Shown one piece after another: positions 13,080 through 26,187 of a stretch of 64,000 nt of DNA. The position numbers and the translations under genes were made by a program. Source of the DNA: an uncultured Planctomycetota bacterium (GTDB lineage Bacteria > Planctomycetota > Planctomycetia > Isosphaerales > Isosphaeraceae). Each line of letters begins with the position of its first letter. Position 1 is the stretch's first letter. The notes under the pieces are model-generated. The model was not told the origin of the DNA. It worked only from the letters and a program-made list of their open reading frames with translations, and searched no databases. The stretch lies in contig CAWGMQ010000004.1 in the NCBI GenBank assembly GCA_963823665.1, positions 1,152,001 through 1,216,000 of the forward strand. Direction: 5' to 3'.

Positions 13080-16000
13080 ATGGGCCCACGAACCCCTTGC
13101 CCACATCCGACACGGCTCCGGCAATTCTTGCGTGATCGGGCCCAATCCCCCGCGACCGATCGCGTACAGGAGCATCTCGCGCAGTGTGAATCTTGCCGTT
13201 TGGTGGTTGCCGGGCGTGAGAACCGAATCCGGAGAGGGGACTCAGCAGACACTCGTCTACCTTAGCCTGGCTCAATCGGAGCAGGCGGGTTTCTTCCACG
13301 ATCCCACGAAAGAAGTTCGACTGAGAACCGACGGTCCGGCGGTCACGACGATCCAGATCACGGTCGACTCGGCCAAAGAGCTAACCGATGTTGATTCAGG
13401 ATTTGACGTATCGAGCGCGACCAAGCAAGCGCGCCCGCGAATCACATCCGATTCCATGTCGACCTGCGAGATCGCGCCCGGTGGCGAGTCGGACACCGGG
13501 TCGTTCGTGTTGCCGCAAGCCCCCACTCTGAGCGACTCAGGTCCGCCTGGTACGATCGAGTCCGATTCGATGACGACATGCGAGATTCTGCCGGGCGGCG
13601 GCGCTGGCAGCGGGTCGTTCGTGATGGCTGGGACGCCGGATGAACCCAACGCTTTCTCGGAAACATGTGTGCTCGAGCCGGGCACGCGTTCGAGCCAGGC
13701 GGGCGGATCCGACTTTCGGTTTTCGCCCACGCTGTATGACTCCAAGTCAGACGCGGATTCGAGGCGGGGAAAGTTCGATCACGTCGGCGTTCCAGGTTAC
13801 GACATCCTGGAGGAGCTCGGGCGGGGCGGCATGGGCGTGGTGTACAAGGCCCGCGATCGGCGGCTGCAGCGGCTGGTTGCGCTCAAGATGGTGCTGGCCG
13901 GCGCGCACGTGGGCGCGGTTGGGCTGGCGAGGTTCCGTGCCGAGGCGGAAGCTGTTGCGAAGCTCTCGCATGCCAACATCGTCCAGATCTACGAGAACCG
14001 GCGAGCACGAAGGCCGGCCGTATTTCTCGCTCGAGCTGGTTGAGGGAGGGAGCCTCGAGCAGCGGATTCTGGAGAGCCCGGCCACCCCGCGAGCAGCCGC
14101 GGCGTTCGTCGAGACGCTGGCGCATACGATGGCGGTGGCGCATGAGCGCGGCATTGTCCATCGCGACCTCAAGCCGGCGAACATCCTGCTGGCGAAGATG
14201 GGCAGCGGGTCGTCGATCGTGAAGAACCGGGATTCTGATTCGCATACTCTACCGGCGGACCACTGGTCACGCAGTACGATTCCCAAGATCGCGGACTTTG
14301 GCCTGGCCAAGCAGGTGGACGACGATTCGAGCCAGACCAAGAGCGGCACGATCATGGGCACGCCCAGTTACATGGCGCCCGAACAGGCGGCGGGAAAGAT
14401 CCGGGAAATAGGGCCGGGAGCCGACATCTATTCACTCGGGGCGATCCTGTACGAGATGCTGGTTGGCCGGCCGCCGTTCAAGGCAGGCAATCCGATCGAC
14501 ACGATTCGCCAGGTCATCGAGCAAGAGCCGGTGTCGCCCCGGCAGCTCGAGCCGCGGGTGCCGCACGACCTGGAGACGATCTGCCTGAAATGTCTGGAGA
14601 AGGAGCCCGCGCGCCGATTCGCCACGGCGCTTGATCTGGCCGACGACTTGCGTCGCTTCGTTCTAGGCGACCCGATTCACGCCCGACCGACGCCAACATG
14701 GGAACGTGCCTGGAAATGGGGAAAGCGCCGGCCGATGGCTGTGGCGCTTCTGGGCGTGATCGCGCTGGGGGCACTGAGCACCGTGCTTTTCATTGTCTGG
14801 CACAACGGCGTGCTGCAGACCAAGCTCGACGTCGCATTGAAGGAAGAACGGCAGGCGAGGCAGCGTGAGCTCGACGCGCGCGAGGAGCAACGGCTGACGC
14901 TCGTGCAGCAAGGGGGGCAGAAGCTCTTCGACAGCGCCCGGGTCGCGGCGGCGACCGGCGATTGGCCTCGCGCTCGAGTTGACCTCGAGAAGACACTCAC
15001 GACGATCGGGGGCGAGCCACGGCTTCAATCACTCAAGGAGCACGCGGGGGCGCTGCTCAAACAGGTGGAGCAGGAATTGCGTGTGGAGTCTGATCGGCGG
15101 GAGTCCCGGGGCCGGTTGCAGTCGTTCGTCGGCCTGCGCGACGAGGCTCAGTTCCTGGGCACTCTGTACACCGGCATGGACCTGACTGCAAACCTGCAAG
15201 CCGCGCGTGCTTCGGCGCGGAAGGCGCTGGCCGTTTACGCGGTCGTACCCGGAGAGGAGGGTCGACCCAAGCTCGACGCCTACCTGAGTGCTTCCGAGCA
15301 GAAAGAAATCCAGGCGGATTGCTCGCAGCTTCTTTTGATCCTTGCGGAGACTGAAGCTCAGTCGGCTTCCACCGGGAAGCCGCTGGAAAAGGAACCGTAT
15401 CTTTGCAGAGCGCTCGGCTACCTGGAAGAGGCGCGGCGACATGGAGCGCCGGTACGTGCTTTTCACCTGCGGCGGGCGCGCTACCTTCACATGCTCGGCG
15501 ACAACCAGGAGGCAGCCCGCGACGAGCAGAAGGCCCAGACTGCTCCCCTGGCCGATGTCTTTGATCACTTCCTGATCGCGGACGAGCTTTATCGCCGGGA
15601 ACAGTTCGGTGAGGCGATCAAGGAGTTCGATCGGGTTCTTGAGAGCAAGCCGGGCCATTTCTGGGCACAATACTTGAATGCGCTGTGCCTGTTGCGCCAG
15701 CAGCGGCCTGCCGAGGCGCGGGCACTGCTCAGCGCCTGCCTGGCTGCTCGATCTGACTTCGTCTGGCTCTACTTGCTACGCGGCTTCGCTCACCAGGAGC
15801 TGCAGTTATGGGCGGCGGCCGATTCCGATTTCCAGCATGCCTCGCAAATGGCCCTCGACGAGAACGCTCGCTATGTGCTTCTGGTCAATCGCGGCGTTTT
15901 GCGCGTCCGGACCGAGCGAATCGACGATGCGATTGCCGATCTGAAGGCAGCGATCGCGCTCAAGCCGAGCGCGTACCAGGCGTACGTGAACCTGGCCCAA

Positions 16001-16915
16001 GCGTACCGCCGGCAGGGCAAGCTCGACCTTGCGCTCGAACAATTGCATCGTGCCGCGGTACTCGAGCCGGGTCTGGCTCATCTTTATCGGCTGCAATCGC
16101 GGCTCCATGTGGAGCGCGACGAACCGGATCTCGCCCTTAAGAATCTTGACGAGGCGATCAAGCGCGAGGCAGCGAATTCTCCCTACCAGGTCGACGACTA
16201 CATCGAGCGCGGACGTCTGCTCTTGCGCACCGAGAAGCACAGCCAGGCTCTTGCATCATTCGATGCAGCGCTGGCGTTGCGCAAAGATCATTCGCTGGGC
16301 CAACGGCTTCGTGCGGAGGCCTTGTTCCGGCTGGGGCGTTTTGCGGAAGTGATCGCTGGATTTGACCGCTACCTGGAGACGGGGAAACCGCTCGAGTCAG
16401 TCTATCGCGGCCGCGGGCTGGCACGGAGCGAGCTGGGCCAATACCCTGGCGCGATCGAAGATTTCACGAAGGCGCTCGAGCTGGACCCGACGTCGGACGT
16501 GCAAGCCTATCGAGGTTGGACTTATCTTGTGCTGGATGCGCCGAAGCTTGCGCTGCGTGACTTCGAGCTGGCCATCGAGCTTGATCCCAAAAACGCCGAC
16601 GCGTACAACGGCCGAGGATTCGCCCGGGCCAAGCTTGGCCGTTACGCGGAGACCGCTCAGGATGCCATGCAGGCGCTGCGCCGCGGGCCGACGACTCCGC
16701 GATTGCTATACAACGCCGCGCGTGTCTACGCTCAGTGCCCGGGACCCTACCGCGAGCGTGCCCTGGATTTGATCGAGAAAGCGCTCGGCTTGCTTCCCGA
16801 GGAGGAACGTCGCGCCTTCTGGTCGACGCACGTTCGGTCGGATCCGGCCCTGGCGAGCCTGCACCGGCATCCACTGTTCGCCAGACTCTACGACGAACTA
16901 CCCCGGGGGAAGTGA
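13080..16915 (+). CDS. Ser/Thr protein kinase with zinc finger, TM helix and TPR array (copy 2); apparent 1-nt insertions near 13221 and 13996
   Basis: ORFs 13071-13265, 13132-14043 and 13640-16915 together align co-linearly with copy 1 and carry the same catalytic motifs. Confidence 0.88.
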
Positions 16916-16918
16916 TTC

Positions 16919-19900
16919 ATGGCTCAAAACGTGCGGGCCGTGGATTTGCGCCCTAGACCGAGCCGCAGGTGGTCGTTCCGGACACTGGAGGGAGATTGGC
17001 TCGAACGGCGCACCCTGCTGGCCGCCTCACCGCTCGAGACGGCTGTCCCACTCCACTTCGGCGTTTTCAATGATGCTCAAGTGTCGAATGTTCTCTCGAA
17101 TCCAGAGGAGTTCGACCTGTACTCGCTCTCGCTTCAAGAAGGTCAGACGCTCGACGCCAGCATTGACGCACAAGATGCCGGCAGCGGCTTGACGAGCCTG
17201 CTGCGCGTTTTCAGCTCAAGTGGTGCGCCGCTGGCGCTCGACAACCAGCTCGGGGGCGATCCGCACCTGACCTTTCAGGCTGCAACGACGGGCACGTACT
17301 ATATTGGTGTCAGCAGCGCCCCCAACAATAACTACGATCCGAGGGTGCTCTCCAGCAGCGGCACGGGTGAGACCACCGGGCCGTACCAACTGAACGTCGA
17401 CATCTCGAAGGCCGGTCCGCTCTTACCGGACGTGACAGGCAGTTCATTCCGCACCGGTGCCAGCATGGCGGCACCGGGCGACACGGTCCCGGTCAACTTC
17501 ACGGTCGAGAACGGAGGCGGCGCCGACCCCGGCAACTTCCAGGTGCAGGTGCTGCTGGCCGACAGCAATCTTTTTGGCAGTTCCTCGCTGGTCCTGGCGA
17601 CCTACTCCCGCGCCGACTTGTTGCCGTCCGCGACGGGCGCGAGTTTTCGGCGCGGGCCGGCTCGAGCGTAACGGTGCCGGCCGGGCTCGCTTCAGGGCAA
17701 GAGTACATCGGGTTGCGTATCCTAGCGGACCCTGCGGTGCCGGAGGCCGGCTTGTATGACAAGAGTGGAGTTCATCGCGGCGCGGACTGGGAACCGCTCG
17801 TGATCGTTTCCCGGGCTTCCGCCGGTGTCACCGACCTGTTGCAGGTCGATGCCGGCCTGCGGACGGAAGTCACCGGGACGGCCGGCCCGACTGAGGACGG
17901 CGCGTACACTTTCACGGTGAGCAGCGGCATGGGCACGGGAGAGCTGACCGCCCTGGTCAGTGGAGGTGGGGGCTTGGTCCCGCGCTTGACGTTGTCCAGC
18001 CAGACTGGTCAAACGCTGATCCAGTCTGATAGCGATCAGATTGTCCAGGAGTTGCAACCGGGGATGTACATTCTGAGCGTCTCGGCGGAGTCTGGCCAGG
18101 GTACGTTCGACCTCACCACTTCCTTCACCGCGACGGGCCCACTGCTGGCACCTCTGCCGAATCCGCTTTCAGGGGGATTCGGCCAGGTCAGGCTGGCCAT
18201 GGGCGACCTGACCAACAACGGAATTCTCGATCTAGTCGTTCCCGACCAGCTCGATGACGTCGTTGACATTTACATGGGCAATGGGGATGGCACGTTCCAA
18301 CCGCCGGAAGCGGTTAACGTCGGCGCCGAGCCTCGATTCGTGACCCTGGCGGACCTTAACGGTGACGGCAAACTCGACATCGTCACCTCCAACTGGCGGG
18401 CGGGCACGGTCAGCGTGCTCCTGGGCAATGGCGACGGCACGTTCCAAGCTGCGAAACAATACACGGTCGGACAGAACGATGGTGCAATCGCGGTGGCGGA
18501 TCTTACCGGCGATGGCTTTCCCGACATCGTTACCGCCAACTACCTCGACGACTCGGTGAGTGTCTTGCTGGGCAATGGCGACGGTACTTTTCAGCCACAA
18601 CGAGTGGATCCCGTGGGCCCGGGTCCGATTGGGCTGGTCGTGGCGGACCTCACTGGCGACGGCATCCCAGACATCGTGACCGCGAATACGTTCGGCGCCG
18701 ACATCAGCGTGCTCGTCGGCAACGGCGACGGCACGTTTCAATCCGGGCAAACCTTCCCGGCGGGAGACGGCCCCGGTTCGATCGCCGCGGTCGATCTCAA
18801 CGGGGACGGCAAGCCTGACCTGCTTGTGAGCAACACCTACTACGGCACCGCGAGCGTGCTGCTGGGCAACGGGGATGGCACGTTTCAACCGCCGCAATCT
18901 TACGCCACGGGGCCAGGGCCTGATTGGGTGGTGGCGGCGAACTTTAATGACAGCGGCACTTTCGACCTCGTTGCAGCAAATAGTGACGGCACGCTTAGCC
19001 TGCTGCCGGGCAATGGAAACGGCACTTTCGGGCCGAGGCAAGTTTTACCAGGCAGCTTCCCGGGGGAGCCGGTGGTCGGGGACCTTAACGGCGACGGCAA
19101 GCCCGACATCGCCGTCGCAGGCGGCGGCGCGGTCAGCGTGCTCCTGGGCAATGGAGACGGCACTTTCCAGACGCCGACGCCTGCCACCGCGCCCGCTGTC
19201 GGTCTTATACCGTACGCCGTGACGGTGGCAGACCTCACTGGCGATGGCCGGTCCGACATCATCACGGCCAACATTAACGACGACAGCGTGAGTGTGCTGC
19301 TCCAGAACAGCGACGGAACGTTCGAGACCAGGCAGACTTTCCCGACTGGATCCGGAACGGGCCCGGCGGCTGTGACCGTGGCCGACCTCACGGGTGACGG
19401 CATTTCGGACCTCATCGTCGCCGACTACCACAGCAACAGCGTGAGCGTATTGATGGGCAACGGCGATGGCACCTTCCGGGCACCGCAGATCTTCGCCGTC
19501 GGTGATTCGCCCAACGACGTGACCGTGGCAGACCTGCGTAACGACGGTAAAGAGGACATCATCTCCGCCAACAAGTCCAGCAACACGATCAGCGTGTTGC
19601 TGGGCAACGGCGACGGCATTTTTCAGACGCAAGCCGTTTATGCGGTCGGACCGAGCCCCAGCGCGGTCACGGTGGCGACGCTCACCGATAACGGCATTCC
19701 CGATATCATCACCGCCAACCACCATAACGGGACGGTCAGTGTGCTCTTGGGCAACGGCGACGGCACCTTCAAGCCCGCGAAAACGTACGTGGCGGGCGGG
19801 AGTACGGGAAAGGCCGGTGCAGTGGTGGTGGCGGACCTGACCGGCGACGGCATCTCCGACATCGTCGTGGCCAACAGCGGATCAAACAGCGTGAGCATCT

Positions 19901-22900
19901 TACGCGGTAACGGGGATGGCACCTTCGAGCCTGCGAACGCATACGCGGTTGGCGATGACCCACGCGGGTTGGCGGTGGCAGACTTGAACGTCGATGGCAA
20001 AGAAGACATCGTCACCGCCAATTACGGCGACTCGACGGTCAGCGTGTTGCTGGGCAGCGGGAACGGCTCCTTCGCGCCGCAGCAGACCTACGCGGTCGGA
20101 GCCGGCGCCTACGGAGTTACGGTAGCGGACCTGACCGGCGACGGCAAACCCGACATTGTCACCGCCAACGAAGGCGCCAGCAGCGTCAGCGTGCTCTTGG
20201 GCAATGGCGACGGCACGTTTCAGCCCCAAGAGGTCTTACAACTGGGCGCCAACAAATACTCCGCGACAATTGCGGATATTACCGGTGACGGCAATTCCGA
20301 CATTATCGAAACCAGCCGGCTCCAAGGGACCGTGAGCGTGCAACTGGGCAACGGCGACGGCACGTTCTCGCAGGGAGCGAGCATGGCGGTCGGTGCTGAG
20401 CCGACAGCATCGGCGGTAGCGGACTTGAACGGCGACGGCCGACTGGACATCGTGACGACCAACTCCGGTGACAACACGGTCAGCGTTCTCCTGGGCAACG
20501 GCGACGGCACGTTCCAGCCTGAGCACAAGTACGCCGTCGGGCGCAGCCCGCGCGGGTTGGCGGTGGCCGACCTAGGCGGCGACGGCATTCCCGACATCGT
20601 CGTGGCCAACTACGACGATAACACGGTAAGCGTGCTCGTGGGCAAAGGCGATGGCTCTTTCCAGCCGCAAGTCGTCTATGCCGTCGGAGCCAGGCCCTAC
20701 GCGGTCGCCGTGGCGACGCTCACGGGTGACGGCATTCCCGATATTATCGTCGCTAATTCAGGTGGAGACAGCGTCAGTGTGCTGCTGGGGAGGGGAAACA
20801 GCACCTTTGAGCCCGCGAAAACCTTCACCGTGGGTCGCCAGCCGTTTGCCCTGGCTGTAGCGGACGTGACCGGCGATGGCATCCTCGACATTGTCACCGC
20901 CAACTACGCCGACGACACTGTGAGCGTGCTCCTCGGCGAGGGTGACGGCTCCTTTTTGCCCCAGATGGTTTTCGACACCGGCAAGCACCCATCGTCGGTC
21001 GCTGTGGCGGACGTACTCGGCGACGGATTGCCCGACATCGTGACCGCCGACGCCGGCGATAACACCATCAGCGTGCTGCGGAACAACGGCCGCGGGGCGT
21101 TTCAAGCGCCGCTCTCGTTCGCGACTGACCAGCAACCGCTCCAGACCTTGGTGGCGGACGTCAACGACGACGGACTGCCCGACTTGCTCACCGTGAGCAA
21201 CCACGACAGTGCGATCGGCGTGCTGCTGAATTCGGGGGCCAACAGCTTCGTGTCGGCCTCCTCGGCCGTGGCTGTCGGGATGACCAATACGCCCTTCCTG
21301 GCTGATCTCACAGGTAACGGAATTCTCGACAGTGTCGTCCTGGATCGCTCCGGCAACATCCTGTTCCGCGCGGGACTGGCTGGGGGCAATTCGTTCGCTC
21401 CGCCCGTGATTCTCAACCCCGGCCGGCCGGCACGCGACATCGCGATCGTGAACATCGGATCCGGATTGGCCGTCGCCGCTGACGACGCCAACTTCGATCC
21501 TCTGCTTTCCACCAACCAGTTCGTCTTCACCGTGTCGATTTACAAGGTGAGCGAGCGCAGCAATGTCTCCGTTCTTCAAGATGGACCACGCGCACCGCTG
21601 GGCTCGACTTCCATAATGAGCGAAGACGTGAATGTCAGTCGCACGATCGCCTTCTCTTCGACAGCTCTGCCCACGCGTCTCACGGTCGCCGACCTGACCG
21701 GGAACGGCCTGGACGACCTGATCGCGGCCAACTCCCTGAACAACAGCGTCACCATCGCGTTGCAGACCGCACCGGGAAGATTCGCAGCGCCTATGACGGT
21801 CAGCGTCGGAAACACGCCGTCGGACATCACGATTACGGACTTGAACGGTGATTCCCTACCAGACATCGTGGTGAGCGATCAAGCCTCGGGCGAAGTGACC
21901 GTGCTGCTTGATGATCCAACACATTCCTTCAGCCAGCAGCTCAGGTTCAATGCTGGCACGGAGCCGAGCACGCTGGAGTCGAGTGCAGGCAGTCTGTACC
22001 GGAGCTCAGGCACCCTGCCGGTGAGTGTGGTCGCCGGGGATTTCTTCGGCAATGGCCAGACGGACCTCGTGGTGGTGGATCGCGGCTCGCACGACTTCAC
22101 GGTGCTGCCCGCCGATGGTCACGGCGGCGTCCTCGACCCGTCGCCCGCGCTGACGACCTCAACCAGCGACAGCCTCAACATCAACAACCAACCAGGCGCG
22201 ATGGTGGCCGGCGATTTCAATCGCGACGGCATGCTCGATCTCGCCGTTTTGATGGAAGACACGGGACAGGTCTGGATCTTCGGCGGGCTTGGAAATGGCA
22301 CGTTTCATCATACGTTCAGCATCGCCGTCGGCGACCAGGCCACCGGGCTCTCGGTCGTCCCCGGAAACGGTCCGGGACTACTGAATCTCCTGGTGGGCAA
22401 CAGCTTCGGCGACGTCTTGATCCTTGAGGGCAGGGGCGACGGTACTTTTCAAATACAGGGGAGTCGTGTTTCACTGTCGGTCGTGCCGAATTTGCTTGGC
22501 CAGGGCCAGGCTGGTGTTCTGGTCGGGGACCAGCAGAATGATCGGGTCACGGTCCAGGCGCCGTCGGCAAACGGCAATCAATATGCACCGGTGGCGACGC
22601 TGGCCGGCACGTCCGCCACATCCGAGGAGCTGGCGCCCGGCGACGTGCAGTGGGCTTTCCTCGATCAAGGGTCCCCTTATCCCGACGCGATCGTCGTGGG
22701 CACGGGCGGTAACAGCGTGGAGGTCTATCGCACGATTTCCATCACCGACGGCGTGCCCACGTTCGCCAGTTCGCCCGAGACCTACTTCGTCGGAACGGCG
22801 CCGGTCAGCGTCACCGTGGCCGACTCAAACGGCGATGGCATTCCCTACCTGCTGGTCGCCAACGAGGGGAGCAACGACGTCTCCGAGATCTTCGGCTCCT

Positions 22901-24348
22901 ACAACGCGGACGGTGACTGGGTCGGAATTCCAGGGCCGCGTTTGAATTCCGGCGGCGACGGCCCGATCGCGGTGATCGTGGCCGATTTGACCAGCAATTC
23001 CATTCCCGACCTCGCGGTCGTCAACGGCGGCAGCGGTACCGTGACCCTGTTGCCGGGCGTCGGCGGCAATTTCTTTGATGACCAGGATCCCAAAGCCCTG
23101 TTCAACCTCGGCAGCGCCGTGGTCCAGCCACCCGCACTCACGGGCACGAGTGGAGTGGGTTACGCAGTGACGGCCGGAGGAAACCTGGTGCGTTTCGACC
23201 TCGACAATCCCGCCGCCGGCGTCAGCGTGGTGTACGCGGCCGGGCAGGTGGTGGCCGCCCAGGCACTCGCGAACGGTCAAGTCGTGGTTGCACTGGCCGA
23301 CGGAGCCGTAGATCTCATGAACGCGCAAGGGAACAGCCTGAGTGTGGCGTCCGTGCTTCAGGCGCAGGGGGGCGTTCCTGCTTTACCGAGCGCGATCGAC
23401 GTCGTGAGCAAACCGAGCGGTCAGTTCAGTGTCCTGGTAAGCAGCGAGGGTTCCGACAATATCTTCGTGTTCGCCCAGGTGGCCGCGTCACCGGAAGGAG
23501 AAGGCGGCGGAGCTCTCCCGGTGAGTTCATCGCCTCCGGTACTGAATTCGATTTCGACGCCGAGCCTCTCGAGCGCGACCGCGAGTGCAACTTCCGGACT
23601 GACTACAAGCGCGATCACGACGAGCACCTCGACGACGGCGTCGAGTGCAAGCACGTCAACCTCGACCAGCTCAGCCTCGGTTTCATCGACCGCCACCTCG
23701 ACGATCGGCCTCTCGCTAGGCGGCTTCTCGTCGCTAGGCAATCGATCCACCGGAGCGAACGAGAGCACCGTTCTCGTTTCGGTTGAGGGCAACACCTATC
23801 TCAGCGTACCGATTCTCGGCCTCGGCTCCCCTGAAGATGACGAAGGCGGTGTCGGCGAGCGCCGCATCCCCGAGCTTTCCGGCAAGTTCAACTTCGGCGA
23901 CACCTCCCCCTTAACACGGTTCGTGATTGGCCTGGACGAGGCGCTGCAGGGATACCGCGGAACCGATGCGACGCCCGGAGTAGCCGGCCCTGGATCGTTA
24001 AACGATCCTTGGAATGAAGACCTGTTTCATCATCGCCTCCCTGCGTTGCCTCCACCTCCCGACGCGCAGCGCAACGGCCCGTCGGCCATCTTGATCGAAC
24101 CGCAACCAGAGGCGCGAGGCGTTTCGGCCAGGTCAGGCGACGAGCGCAAGGATTATCCGACCGGTTTGGCCTTCCGAGCCGAAGCTCCGAGCGGCGCCGG
24201 ATTTCTGGCGCTGGGGGGAATGATCATTGCGATGTGGCGACGGGCGGCCTGGCGAACACTCGACCGCGCCGACCTCGCACCTCGTCCGAGGCCGATATTC
24301 CGTCGTCGACGGCAGCCGACTGCGCCATCTCGCGAGTTCACGCAATGA
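16919..24348 (+). CDS. Giant secreted FG-GAP/VCBS repeat protein (copy 2); apparent 1-nt deletion near 17638
   Basis: WLERRTLLA motif and the same domain order as copy 1. ORFs 16919-17671 and 17674-24348 join by comparison with copy 1. Confidence 0.9.
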
Positions 24349-24591
24349 GCAATGTCGCTGGCTCAGCACGCTTTATTAGCTCGGAGACTCGAGAACCTGC
24401 TTCTTGCTGGTGAGCGTCACGATGTGGCGGGTCAGCCCGAGGCATTACGGCCGATGGCGCTGGAATTCAAGTCGGACGAGATCGGACGTGTGATCGCAAC
24501 TGGAGAGCCGGGATCGCTCTGATGCAGGTCTGCACAGCGCTTTCGATCCGATCCATGGCTCAACTCACCGGAACCACGCCGAATCGCCCTC

Positions 24592-24621
24592 TTGACGGAC
24601 TTCGCTGCGACGCTTTCTAAT
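24592..24621 (+). promoter_or_regulatory. Putative sigma70-type promoter for tRNA-Leu
   Basis: TTGACG (24592-24597), 18-nt spacer, TCTAAT (24616-24621), 8 nt before the tRNA. Confidence 0.5.
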
Positions 24622-24629
24622 GAGTCCAG

Positions 24630-24715
24630 GCCGAAGTGGCGGAATTGGCAGACGCGCTAGGTTCAGGTCCTAGTCCCTCTAACGGGGGGTGCAGGTTCAA
24701 CTCCTGTCTTCGGCA
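24630..24715 (+). tRNA. tRNA-Leu(CAG), CCA not encoded
   Basis: Acceptor stem GCCGAAG/CTTCGGC plus discriminator A; D arm TGGCGGAATTGGCAGACGCG; anticodon arm CTAGG-TTCAGGT-CCTAG; long variable arm; T arm GCAGG-TTCAACT-CCTGT. Confidence 0.97.
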
Positions 24716-24724
24716 CTAAAAACC

Positions 24725-25510
24725 GTGTTCGGCAAGTTCCACATCATCGACTTGAGCGTCCCGCTCGCACACAACGGTGTCAGCGAGCCGATTCCCGCAC
24801 AGATTCATTACGTACGGCACGATGGCGAAGGGGTGCAACAAATGCACCAGTTCTTCGGCGTCCGGCCGGAAGACTTGGTCTGGTCGAACGGAATGGGCTG
24901 GGCGCTCGAGGAGATCCGGGCTATCACCCATACGGGCACACATGTCGATGCTCCGTTTCACTACGGCCCGCTGTCCGAAGGCAAGCCGGCGCGCACGATC
25001 GATCAAATCCCTCTCGAGTGGTGCTTCGCGCCCGGCGTTGTGCTTGACTTTCGCCATAAGGCCGCCGGTGAGTTCATCCGGGTAGCTGATCTCGAGGCCG
25101 CACTCGAACGCATCGACTACAAGTTGCGCCCGCTTGATATCGTCCTGCTTCAAACTGGGGCCGATCGAAGAATGGGTTCGCCGGACTACTTCGCCCAGCC
25201 CGGTCTCGGGCGGGAAGGTGTGCTCTGGCTCGTCGAGCAAGGGATCAAGATCATCGGCATCGACGCCTACACACTCGACCGGCCGTTTGAAAACATGGCG
25301 GCGGACTTCAAGCGAACCGGCGACGGCCGCTTCATCTGGCCGGCCCATTTCGCTGGAATCACTCGGGAGTACTGCCAGATAGAGAAGCTGGCAAACCTTG
25401 ACTTGATCCCGCAACCACATGGCTTCTATGTCTCGTGCATGCCGGTGAAAATCGAGGCTGCAAGCGCCGGCTGGTGCCGGGCCGTGGCGATGGTTCCCGA
25501 GTCTGAATGA
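24725..25510 (+). CDS. Cyclase family metal-dependent hydrolase (kynurenine formamidase-like)
   Basis: HTGTHVDAPFH, IIGIDA, QIEKLANL. Start set at GTG 24725 because the longer ORF (24689) lies inside the tRNA. Confidence 0.9.
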   Translation: MFGKFHIIDLSVPLAHNGVSEPIPAQIHYVRHDGEGVQQMHQFFGVRPEDLVWSNGMGWALEEIRAITHTGTHVDAPFHYGPLSEGKPARTIDQIPLEWCFAPGVVLDFRHKAAGEFIRVADLEAALERIDYKLRPLDIVLLQTGADRRMGSPDYFAQPGLGREGVLWLVEQGIKIIGIDAYTLDRPFENMAADFKRTGDGRFIWPAHFAGITREYCQIEKLANLDLIPQPHGFYVSCMPVKIEAASAGWCRAVAMVPESE

Positions 25511-25760
25511 GAGCGCGAGTCGAGACTCGCCGTCGAATGCGCGCGGAACCTCACCGATCGCTTTTTTTCTTGCAGAGCTAGCTAAGAAAGTGATCGCCAT
25601 CACCTTTCTGCAAGTGAGACGTACATCAGATTCGTTGAAAAGCACCACTCCACGGTCGATACTGCTAAGGTGGTTCATTCGACTCGAACGTGCGTAGCCG
25701 GCGGGGAGCGCATTCAGGCTGTCTGCATAATGCAACATCAACCAGCGAAAGGAGCGGACC

Positions 25761-26171
25761 ATGCGAGTAAACCCGTACTTGCATTTCAACGGCAATTGCG
25801 AGGAAGCGTTCAAATTCTATGAGAAGACCTTCGGCGCCAAAATTGGGGCGATGATCACGCACGCGGGAACACCTGCTGAGGGACACGTCCCGACTGAGTG
25901 GCTTGAAAAGATCATGCACGCCCGCCTCTTTGTGGGCGACGACGTCTTGATGGGCTCCGACGCGCCACCCGACCGCTATCAAAAACCCACCGGGTTCTCG
26001 GTGACCCTTCAAATCAAAGACCCTGCTGAAGGCAAACGGATCTTCGAGGTCCTCGCGACGGATGGCATGATCGTGATGCCCTTTGCGCAAACATTTTGGG
26101 CTGCGGGCTTCGGAATGTTGGTTGACCGTTTCGGTATCCCATGGATGGTGAACTGCGAGCAGCCCACCTGA
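25761..26171 (+). CDS. VOC family protein (PhnB/YjdN-like)
   Basis: NPYLHFNGNCEEAFKFY, IMHARL, TFWAAGFGMLVDRFGIPWMVN; RBS AAAGGAG. Confidence 0.92.
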   Translation: MRVNPYLHFNGNCEEAFKFYEKTFGAKIGAMITHAGTPAEGHVPTEWLEKIMHARLFVGDDVLMGSDAPPDRYQKPTGFSVTLQIKDPAEGKRIFEVLATDGMIVMPFAQTFWAAGFGMLVDRFGIPWMVNCEQPT

Positions 26172-26187
26172 TTCAAGCCAACGCCCA

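Larger units (their letters stand above)
12907..24590 (+). repeat. Tandem duplication unit 2; ends approximate
   Basis: Paralogous to 1150-12760, including ~170 bp of upstream non-coding sequence. Confidence 0.9.

Noticed and set aside
1325..24348. Diversity-generating retroelement or programmed frameshifting behind the paralogue differences
   Set aside because: No reverse transcriptase, the differences are not adenine-specific, and the indel positions differ between copies without slippery sites.
24689..24724. Longer cyclase start overlapping the tRNA
   Set aside because: It lies inside the tRNA variable and T arms; GTG 24725 is more plausible.
24716..25813. 365-aa minus-strand ORF
   Set aside because: Antisense shadow of the cyclase gene with no recognisable motifs.
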